From assembly GCA_031732935.1 (NCBI GenBank), contig JAVMKH010000176.1, forward strand, positions 3,913-67,912: a stretch of DNA of 64,000 bases, read 5' to 3'. The position numbers and the translations under genes were made by a program. A model generated the notes under the pieces. It worked only from the letters and a program-made list of their open reading frames with translations, did no database searches and was not told where the DNA came from. The stretch is from Candidatus Contendobacter sp. (GTDB lineage Bacteria > Pseudomonadota > Gammaproteobacteria > Competibacterales > Competibacteraceae). Within the stretch, counting starts at the first letter, position 1. The number at the start of each line of letters is the position of its first letter. Shown here piece after piece: positions 57,119 to 64,000 of the stretch.

Positions 57119-57484
57119 TTGAATGACACTCTTAATCCACTGGGTTTTCAACGGGTCAAGGTTATTGCCTTGGCGGTCAGCGACCTGGATCGCGCCAATC
57201 GGTTTTACGGTCAGCAACTGGCGCTTTCACCTGCTTATGAAGGAGCAGAGCAGGTTGGCTGGTGGCTCGATCAAGTCATTCTGATGCTGAAACCTGATTG
57301 GGAGACGCCCACCGCGACGCCCAATCCCCGAGTGACCATTGAAACAGATCATGCCTTGGCGACGCAGGACGCCTTGCGTAGTCGCGGAATCGTCATCGCC
57401 GACGAGGTGCAGCCCTATGATGATTACTACGTGGGTAGTTTTCTCGACAGCGAAGGCAATAAGTTGTGGTTTTGTTCACGATAG
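57119..57484 (+). CDS. VOC/glyoxalase-family protein
   Basis: IALAVSDLDRANRFY and FLDSEGNKLWF; GGAGG RBS before TTG 57119 (ATG 57104 is an alternative). Confidence 0.8.
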   Translation: MNDTLNPLGFQRVKVIALAVSDLDRANRFYGQQLALSPAYEGAEQVGWWLDQVILMLKPDWETPTATPNPRVTIETDHALATQDALRSRGIVIADEVQPYDDYYVGSFLDSEGNKLWFCSR

Positions 57485-57653
57485 GCGACCGTGTTAACGA
57501 TCAGCGGTGAATGGCAAGCAGCTATAGGTTCCTATCTCATGGGTGGAAACCGTGGGTGCTGTCCACAACTCATCTAGGGTTGCCATGGCTTTCCATAGTG
57601 GTAGGCCGGGTTTCGGGTTGCTAACCCGACCTACCTTAGTTCCACTACCAAAT

Positions 57654-59138
57654 TTAACCCGTCTGCTTGGCGTGGGCCGGAATTTCCACCGCCAGATACA
57701 ATGAGCCTTCGTCACGCCTGACCAGCAGCGGAACCCGCTTGCCCGGCGGCAGCTCCTTCACCAGTTGCCGTAGATGGGCGGCGTCCCGGATCTTCTGGTT
57801 GTTCAAGCTCACCAGAATATCGCCCGGTTGCACGCCGGCCTCGGCGGCGGGACCCGGTCCGACCCGCTGGACCTGCACGCCACCTTCGCCGCGTCCGCCC
57901 TGGCCAGCGGGCAAATCGGCCACCAGGACGTTCAGTCTCGGCGAGCCGTCGTCCGGGTGACCGTTCAGCGCCAGCTCGTCCTTGTCCTTGTTCTTGTCCG
58001 GCAACTGGCCGAGCGTGACCGTGATTTCCCGTTCCTTGCCGTCGCGGATCACGGTCAGCGCCTTGCTAGCGCCGGGCTTGCTTGAACCCACCAGCGGCGG
58101 CAGATCGGCGCTGTCGTTCACCGGCTTGCCGGCGTAGGCGACGATGACATCGCCGGTCTTCAGCCCGGCCTTGGCGGCGGGGCCATCCGCGCTCACGTCC
58201 GCCACCAGCGCGCCGCGCGGTTGCTCCAGATTGAACGAGCGCGCCAGATCCTGCGTCACCTCCTGCAAGGTGACACCCATCCAGCCTCGGCTTACTCGCC
58301 CGTCGGTTTTGAGCTGCGCCACCACGTCCATCGCCACGTTGGCCGGAATGGCGAACGACAGCCCCATGTAGCCGCCGCTGCGGCTGAAGATTTGGGAGTT
58401 GATGCCCACCACCTTGCCGTTGAGATCGAACAGCGGTCCGCCGGAGTTGCCGGGATTGATCGGCACGTCGGTCTGGATGAACGGCACGTAGGCGTCGCTC
58501 GGCAACGAGCGGCCCAGGGCGCTGACGATGCCCTTGGTGGCGGTGCGCTCCAGTCCAAACGGCGCGCCGATGGCGAACACCCACTGGCCGACCTTGAGAC
58601 TGTCGGCGTCGCCGATGGCCACGGTCGGCAGGCCGGTGGCGGCGATTTTCAGCAGGGCGATGTCGGACTGCGGGTCGCTGCCGATCACCTTGGCTGGAAA
58701 TTCGCGCTTGTCGTTCAGTTTGATGTTGATTTTTTCCGCCCCATCCACCACGTGATGGTTAGTGATGAGGTAGCCGTCGGCGGAGATGATGAAGCCGGAA
58801 CCCAATCCCTGAACTGGTGTGCCCTTGCCGCCATGCGGGATCGGGGGCATGGGGAATTGCTTGAAAAACGGCGCAGACGGGTTGTCTTCGTCGTCCCGAT
58901 CCGGGAAGCCGCGCATGACCACGGTGGGCTGTTGCTTACCGGTGACGGTGATGTTGACCACCGCCGCCCCGTTGCGCTCGACCAGTGTGCTGAAGTCGGG
59001 GACGGTCATTTCCACCTGAACGGGGTGCGTGGCGTCGATGGCCCACGCCGCTGGCAGGGTGCCCACCGTCAGAACCGCGCCGCTGGTCGCCAGCGCAACC
59101 GCCAACGTGAGTTTTTTGAGCATACCGGGAAATTTCAT
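57654..59138 (-). CDS. degP: DegP/HtrA (Do-family) periplasmic serine protease with two PDZ domains
   Basis: Signal peptide; GLGSGFII, TNHHVV, DIALLK, FIQTDVPINPGNSGGPL, GINSQI; two PDZ domains. Confidence 0.93.
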   Translation of the reverse strand: MKFPGMLKKLTLAVALATSGAVLTVGTLPAAWAIDATHPVQVEMTVPDFSTLVERNGAAVVNITVTGKQQPTVVMRGFPDRDDEDNPSAPFFKQFPMPPIPHGGKGTPVQGLGSGFIISADGYLITNHHVVDGAEKINIKLNDKREFPAKVIGSDPQSDIALLKIAATGLPTVAIGDADSLKVGQWVFAIGAPFGLERTATKGIVSALGRSLPSDAYVPFIQTDVPINPGNSGGPLFDLNGKVVGINSQIFSRSGGYMGLSFAIPANVAMDVVAQLKTDGRVSRGWMGVTLQEVTQDLARSFNLEQPRGALVADVSADGPAAKAGLKTGDVIVAYAGKPVNDSADLPPLVGSSKPGASKALTVIRDGKEREITVTLGQLPDKNKDKDELALNGHPDDGSPRLNVLVADLPAGQGGRGEGGVQVQRVGPGPAAEAGVQPGDILVSLNNQKIRDAAHLRQLVKELPPGKRVPLLVRRDEGSLYLAVEIPAHAKQTG

Positions 59139-59217
59139 GGTCGTTACCTCTCGCGCAACAAGACCGGAACCGGAACCATTCCGATTCCCTCGTTGCGCGC
59201 CATTGTTCCCGGCGATG

Positions 59218-59234
59218 CTTAAGGGAAACTTAAG
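59218..59234. promoter_or_regulatory. PmrA/QseB-type box CTTAAG-N5-CTTAAG upstream of degP
   Basis: Exact CTTAAG GGAAA CTTAAG about 80 nt upstream of the degP ATG. Confidence 0.7.
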
Positions 59235-59502
59235 GAGTTCGCATATTCTTTCATTGGCTAGATAATGGGTTATCCAACCACGCCAGCCGGGTGCTACTGG
59301 AGTGCTACTCAAAAAAACCATAGGGGAACGGTAGCGGGTCAGCAGGGCCAGATCGATACTATGTCGGGGAAGATGATCTTAACCGAGGCGTATGTTCGGC
59401 TTGATCGAGTAGCCGCTCCACGTCGGCGCAGGTCAGGGCCTGGCGCTGATTCGCCAGATCGGCGGGAGTCAAAATCTGTGTGTCTGGCTACTCCCTGGTG
59501 GC

Positions 59503-59769
59503 TTAAGCCTTGCGCCCGTAATGGAAACGGCATTGCAAAATCACCAAGGCGTCATCCTCCACCCCGTAGACTAACCGGTGCTCATCCGTGATTCGGCGTG
59601 ACCAACCGCCTTTGAAATCATGCCGTAGTGGTTCCGGCTTGCCGATACCCGTGAATGGGTCACGCTGAATATCCCGGATGAGTTGATTGATCCTTCGTAG
59701 AGTTGCCTTGTCGGTCTGTTGCCAGTAGAGATAATCCTCCCATCCTTGCGGCAGGAACTTAATCACCAT
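59503..59769 (-). CDS. yoeB: YoeB/Txe-family mRNA interferase toxin
   Basis: WEDYLYWQ..D....RIN.LI.DI.RDPF.GIGKPEPL.H...G.WSRRITDEHRLVY...QCRFHY. Confidence 0.95.
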   Translation of the reverse strand: MVIKFLPQGWEDYLYWQQTDKATLRRINQLIRDIQRDPFTGIGKPEPLRHDFKGGWSRRITDEHRLVYGVEDDALVILQCRFHYGRKA

Positions 59770-60175
59770 CAGGTAGCAATTCTCTTTCCTGGATATTCCA
59801 TCCAGCTTGCCAGTCCGCGAAGGCCTCCCGCAGGCGGGCTGCATTGGCGGGCGAACTCATCAGATGCGTGGTCGCGTCCACTTCTTCACCGTCCAACCGA
59901 TTGAGCGCCAAGTCAACGACCTCACCAAGCGATACGCCTTTGGCGCGGGCCAGTTTTTCAGCCTTGGCTTTGGCCCCAGCGGATATCCACACGCTGAGGG
60001 TTACGTTGCCCATCGCTTGATGGCGTTCACGCATCCTTCGCGTGGCTTCCTGGGTCGCCGCCGACAACCGCGCCATCCGTCGCATCGCTTGATGGCGTTC
60101 ACGCATCCTTCGCGTGGCTTCCCTATTCCTATTTCTCACGTTCGTCGCAAGCTGCGAATCTTTCAGTTTCGGCAT
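59759..60175 (-). CDS. Atypical antitoxin: RHH-like DNA-binding domain + YefM-like neutralising C-terminus
   Basis: TLSVWISAGAKAKAEKLARAKGVSLGEVVDLAL (RHH pattern), then ATTHLMSSPANAARLREA (compare YefM ETAYLL.SPANA.RL); overlaps yoeB. Confidence 0.75.
   Translation of the reverse strand: MPKLKDSQLATNVRNRNREATRRMRERHQAMRRMARLSAATQEATRRMRERHQAMGNVTLSVWISAGAKAKAEKLARAKGVSLGEVVDLALNRLDGEEVDATTHLMSSPANAARLREAFADWQAGWNIQERELLPDGD
60011..60122. repeat. Perfect 40-nt direct repeat with 72-nt period inside the antitoxin gene
   Basis: CATCGCTTGATGGCGTTCACGCATCCTTCGCGTGGCTTCC at 60011-60050 and 60083-60122 (EATRRMRERHQAM twice). Confidence 0.95.
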
Positions 60176-60453
60176 GGTCGCTCTCGCTCGTTATAACTTT
60201 ATAACTTGATTAACGTAGCGCCATACAGAAAACATGACAAGAATTGTTTTAGTGATTATTCATGATCATCGGAGAAGAGGTATCCGGGGAAAGGTCTAGC
60301 CGGCGGATTCCGAAATTCGACTCTGGATTTTCCTGGAAAACAAGTCTGTCTGACGCATATTGTTGTCGCCGCAAGGAAAGTTTGGCGCGGGACTTGCCGC
60401 GTCCGTCGTCCCTGCCCGACCATAAGCGGCCACAATCCACGAGGGCGAAACCG

Positions 60454-61518
60454 ATGAATGACTCCCAATGGATGATTTACGGCGCCAACGGCTACAGCGG
60501 CGAATTGATCGCCCGCGAGGCCCGGCGACGGGGACTGCGCCCGGTGCTGGCTGGCCGATCGGCGGCACGGTTGACGCCGCTGGCGCGGGAATTGGATTGC
60601 GAATGCCGGACGTTCGCGCTCGCCGATGCCGCCGCGACGGCGCAAGCCTTGGCCGGCATGAAACTGGTGCTGAACTGCGCCGGGCCGTTCTCGGCCACCG
60701 CCGCGCCCATGGCCGACGCCTGCCTGAACGGTCGGATTCACTATCTGGACATTACCGGCGAAATCGAAGTGTTCGAGGCGCTGCGCGCCCGCGACGCGGA
60801 GGCGAAGGCCGCTGGGGTCGTTCTCTGCCCCGGTGTGGGCTTCGATGTGATTCCCACCGACTGCCTGGCGGTGGCGCTCAAGGCGGCGTTGCCGGACGCG
60901 ACCCATCTGGCGCTGGGCTTCGATTCCCGCTCCGGCTTCAGCCCCGGCACCGCGAACACGATGGTGGAGGGACTGGGCAAGGGTGGCCGGGTGCGCCGCG
61001 ACGGTCGCATCGTCCCCGTGCCGCCGGTCTGGAAAATCCGCCGGATCGACTTTGGCCGGGGCGAGAAAACCGCCATGACCATTCCCTGGGGCGATGTCGC
61101 CACCGCCTTCCACAGCACCGGCATTGCCCATATCGAGGTTTATATTCCGACGTCGCCGACGTTGCTGCGCTGGCGTTGGCTGCTGCCCTGGTTGCAACCC
61201 TTCCTTGGGCTGGGCTGGGTGCAAGCCCTGCTCAAACAGCGCGTCGCCGCCACCGTGCGCGGTCCCGACGCCGAGCAGCGCCAGCGCACCCCCACCTGGG
61301 TTTGGGGCGAGGTCACGAACGCCGCCGGCACACGCAAAGTCGGCCGCGTGCAAACCGCCAACGGCTATGATGTAACGGTGCAAGGCGCGCTGGTGGTGGT
61401 CGAGCGGTTGCTGGCGCACGCACCCGTCGGTGGCTACCACACGCCGGCGCAATGGCTGGGGGCCGGTCTGGTCGAGACCCTGCCGGGCTCGACGCCCATC
61501 CGCATCACCGAAACCTGA
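60454..61518 (+). CDS. Saccharopine dehydrogenase-like NAD(P)-binding oxidoreductase
   Basis: MIYGANGYSG, VLAGRS, VLNCAGPF, HYLDITGE, GVGFDVIPTDCLA, IPWGDV, ANGY. Confidence 0.88.
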   Translation: MNDSQWMIYGANGYSGELIAREARRRGLRPVLAGRSAARLTPLARELDCECRTFALADAAATAQALAGMKLVLNCAGPFSATAAPMADACLNGRIHYLDITGEIEVFEALRARDAEAKAAGVVLCPGVGFDVIPTDCLAVALKAALPDATHLALGFDSRSGFSPGTANTMVEGLGKGGRVRRDGRIVPVPPVWKIRRIDFGRGEKTAMTIPWGDVATAFHSTGIAHIEVYIPTSPTLLRWRWLLPWLQPFLGLGWVQALLKQRVAATVRGPDAEQRQRTPTWVWGEVTNAAGTRKVGRVQTANGYDVTVQGALVVVERLLAHAPVGGYHTPAQWLGAGLVETLPGSTPIRITET

Positions 61519-61551
61519 TTCAAATCATCCGATCCTGGAGCGTTCCGCCGC

Positions 61552-63438
61552 ATGGCTCACGACAACGAATTTACCCTGCTTAGGGAACGGCGGTTCCTGC
61601 CGTTCTTCGTCACTCAGTTTCTGGGCGCGTTCAACGATAACGTGTTCAAGAACGCCTTGATCATCCTGATCGCGTTCCAGGCGGCGGGGGTGGACGCCAG
61701 TCGTTCCAACTTCCTGATCAATCTCTGCGCCGGCCTGTTCGTGTTGCCGTTCTTTCTGTTCTCGGCCACTGCTGGTCAGTTGTGCGACAAGTACGAGAAG
61801 TCGCGCTACATCCGCTGGGTCAAGCTGCTGGAGATCGTGATCATGCTGGGGGCGGCGATGGGATTCATTTTGAACAACGTGCCGCTGTTGATCGCCATGC
61901 TGTTCATGATGGGCTTTCATTCGACTCTGTTCGGGCCGGCCAAGTACAGCATCATGCCGCAGCATCTCAAACCCGAGGAGCTGGTGGGCGGCAACGCCTG
62001 GGTGGAGATGGGCACCAATCTCGCTATCCTGCTGGGCACCATCCTGGGCGGCGTGCTCATCGCCTGGCAACTGGGCCATGTATGGGTGTCCGGCGCGGTC
62101 ATCCTGATCGCCGTGCTCGGTTTTCTGACCAGTTGGGCGATTCCCCCGGCGCCGCCCGCCGCGCCGGACCTCAGGATCAACTGGAACCCGGTCAGCGAGA
62201 CCTGGAACATTCTCAAGTTCACCTACCAGAACTTCACCGTGTTCCAGTCGGTGCTCGGCATTTCCTGGTTCTGGTTCCTGGGCAGCGTCTACGTGGCGCA
62301 GTTGCCCAACTTCACCAAGCTGACCCTGGGCGGCGGCGAACATATGGTCACGCTGTTGCTGACCCTGTTCGCCGTCGGCATCGGCCTGGGTTCGTTGCTG
62401 TGTGAGCGGATGTCCGGGCGTCAGGTGGAACTGGGTCTGGTGCCGTTCGGCTCCATCGGCCTGACTGTGTTCGGGGTGGACCTGTTCTTCGCTACCCCGG
62501 CGACGCCCCCGGCCAGCGGGGAGTTGCTGGGCGTGCTGGCATTTCTGGGCCAGCCGGGCAGTTGGCGAGTAGTGATGGACGTGGTGTTAATCGGCGTGTT
62601 CGGTGGCTTTTTCATCGTGCCCCTGTATGCCCTGGTGCAGCAGCGCAGCCAACCCAGCCATCTGTCGCGGGTAATCGCCGGCAACAATATCCTCAACGCC
62701 GTGTTCATGGTGGCGGCGGCGATCATCGCCGTGATCATGCTGGACCGGGGACTGAGCATTCCACAACTGTTGCTGCTGATGGCGATCTTCAACGCGGCGG
62801 TGGCGGTCTACATCTTCACCCTGGTGCCGGAATTCCTGATGCGCTTCATCGTCTGGATTCTGGTGAACGTGGGTTACCGGTTGAAGACGCGGGGGTTGGA
62901 GCATATTCCCGCCGAGGGGCCGGCGGTGGTGGTATGCAACCACGTTAGCTACATGGACGCGCTGGTGGTGATCGGTTGTTGTCGGCGACCGATCCGTTTT
63001 GTCATGGACCATCAGATTTTCAAAATTCCGGTGCTGAATTTCGTGTTCCGCACCGCTGGCACGATTCCCATCGCACCAGCGCGGGAAAATCCCGAAATTC
63101 TGGAACGGGCCTACGACCGGGTGGCGCGCTATCTGGAGGAGGGCGAGGTGGTGGGCATCTTTCCAGAGGGGCGACTGACCGCGGACGGGGAAATCGGCCC
63201 GTTCAAGGCCGGCATCGAGCAGATCATCCAGCGCACGCCGGCGCCGGTGGTGCCGATGGCGTTGCGCGGGCTGTGGGGTAGCTTCTTCAGCCGCCGTTAC
63301 GGCAAGGCGATGAGTCGCTTTCCCCGGCGGTTCTGGTCGCGGATCGAACTGGCGGTGGGCGAACCGGTACCGGCGGAACGGGCCACCTCGGCGCTGCTGC
63401 GCGAGCGGGTCGCCTCGTTACGAGGCGATTGGCCGTAG
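61552..63438 (+). CDS. LplT-like MFS transporter fused to a PlsC-type acyltransferase
   Basis: TQFLGAFNDNVFK, STLFGPAKYSIMP, RVIAGNNILNA; C-terminal NHVSYMD (HX4D), IFPEG, VVPM. Confidence 0.92.
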   Translation: MAHDNEFTLLRERRFLPFFVTQFLGAFNDNVFKNALIILIAFQAAGVDASRSNFLINLCAGLFVLPFFLFSATAGQLCDKYEKSRYIRWVKLLEIVIMLGAAMGFILNNVPLLIAMLFMMGFHSTLFGPAKYSIMPQHLKPEELVGGNAWVEMGTNLAILLGTILGGVLIAWQLGHVWVSGAVILIAVLGFLTSWAIPPAPPAAPDLRINWNPVSETWNILKFTYQNFTVFQSVLGISWFWFLGSVYVAQLPNFTKLTLGGGEHMVTLLLTLFAVGIGLGSLLCERMSGRQVELGLVPFGSIGLTVFGVDLFFATPATPPASGELLGVLAFLGQPGSWRVVMDVVLIGVFGGFFIVPLYALVQQRSQPSHLSRVIAGNNILNAVFMVAAAIIAVIMLDRGLSIPQLLLLMAIFNAAVAVYIFTLVPEFLMRFIVWILVNVGYRLKTRGLEHIPAEGPAVVVCNHVSYMDALVVIGCCRRPIRFVMDHQIFKIPVLNFVFRTAGTIPIAPARENPEILERAYDRVARYLEEGEVVGIFPEGRLTADGEIGPFKAGIEQIIQRTPAPVVPMALRGLWGSFFSRRYGKAMSRFPRRFWSRIELAVGEPVPAERATSALLRERVASLRGDWP

Positions 63439-63462
63439 CACGTTCGGGTGGAGGAGGGCGCC

Positions 63463-63780
63463 ATGGCGGGGGTCGGACGGAGCGGGGTCGGGCGAATGGG
63501 TCGACGGCAGGCCGGTCGGGCGTGGCCGTGGGTGGTGCTGCTGGTGCTGGGGGCGGTGGGCGGCGCGCTGTTTTACGGTTACACGAGGCCACAGGCCGTG
63601 CCGGCCTGGGCGCGCGGCTGGCTGCCGGACCCGCCGGGGCAGACCCGGCCGCTCTACCGCTGGCGCGACGCGCAGGGGCGAGTGCAGATCACTGATCAGC
63701 CGCCCAAGGATCGACCCTACGAGGAAGTCCGCTATCGCGCCGACGCCAACGTGATGCCGCCGGGGACGCCACGCCCATGA
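63463..63780 (+). CDS. DUF4124-like small membrane-anchored protein
   Basis: TM segment followed by LYRWRDAQGRVQITDQPP; GGAGGAGG RBS. Confidence 0.75.
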   Translation: MAGVGRSGVGRMGRRQAGRAWPWVVLLVLGAVGGALFYGYTRPQAVPAWARGWLPDPPGQTRPLYRWRDAQGRVQITDQPPKDRPYEEVRYRADANVMPPGTPRP

Positions 63781-63812
63781 AAAAACCGCCCCAGAAACTG
63801 ATCTGGGGCGGT
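63780..63812 (-). terminator. Rho-independent terminator (U-tract on the minus strand)
   Basis: AAAAAA-CCGCCCCAGA-aactga-TCTGGGGCGG between convergent genes. Confidence 0.75.
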
Positions 63813-63841
63813 CCGCTGGACTTCAAAAAATCAAGACCGAT

Positions 63842-64000
63842 TTACGGCGCGTCCTTCTTTTGCTGCTTGGCCTGGGTGGCGAGCTTGTTCAACTCCTCGA
63901 CGCTCATCTTGTCGTCGTAGATCCCGGCGCCGACCTGGATGTCGGGCTTGAAGGAAACCTCAGCGCTGTGGACGAAGGAAATCTTGCGGGAAGCCTTGGC
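63842..64000 (-). CDS. 3' end of an unidentified gene entering from the right edge
   Basis: Open frame AKASRKISFVHSAEVSFKPDIQVGAGIYDDKMSVEELNKLATQAKQQKKDAP* with host-like codon usage, followed by a terminator. Confidence 0.7.
   Translation of the reverse strand, partial: AKASRKISFVHSAEVSFKPDIQVGAGIYDDKMSVEELNKLATQAKQQKKDAP

Overview
GC-rich proteobacterial chromosomal window. The taxon cannot be fixed from sequence alone; gene content and style suggest an environmental gammaproteobacterium. No rRNA, tRNA or CRISPR array was found. Housekeeping genes (pgi, maeA, thiL, ampG, a Pat-like acetyltransferase, a DegP-like protease, an LplT-PlsC fusion) are interleaved with accessory blocks: (1) a luciferase-less LuxE / LuxC-PaaK / PaaK / permease / HATPase-GNAT operon; (2) a frameshifted SEFIR-STAND-TPR NLR-like gene, a REP array, a TerY-P triad (yegLKI), vapBC and an ISAs1 relic; (3) a GH-A/discoidin hydrolase next to a GH18-CE4-GT2 polysaccharide synthase; (4) a 12.5-kb cluster of PP2C, pseudokinase-FGE, MlaE, degenerate MlaF, MCE, TPR lipoprotein, kinase-FGE and a CsgG-like/10xPEGA protein, which resembles a T6SS-free counterpart of the TagQRST-PpkA-PppA trans-envelope phosphorylation pathway; (5) a 3-kb AT-rich two-gene cassette (caspase/CHAT-like protein plus a 2TM protein) occupying the toxin slot of an orphan HI1420-type antitoxin; (6) a QseBC/PmrAB-like two-component system with a perfect CTTAAG-N5-CTTAAG box upstream of degP; (7) a YoeB toxin with a chimeric RHH-YefM antitoxin. 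All family assignments come from motif recognition by eye, not database searches. The best candidates for undescribed systems are blocks 4, 5 and 1.
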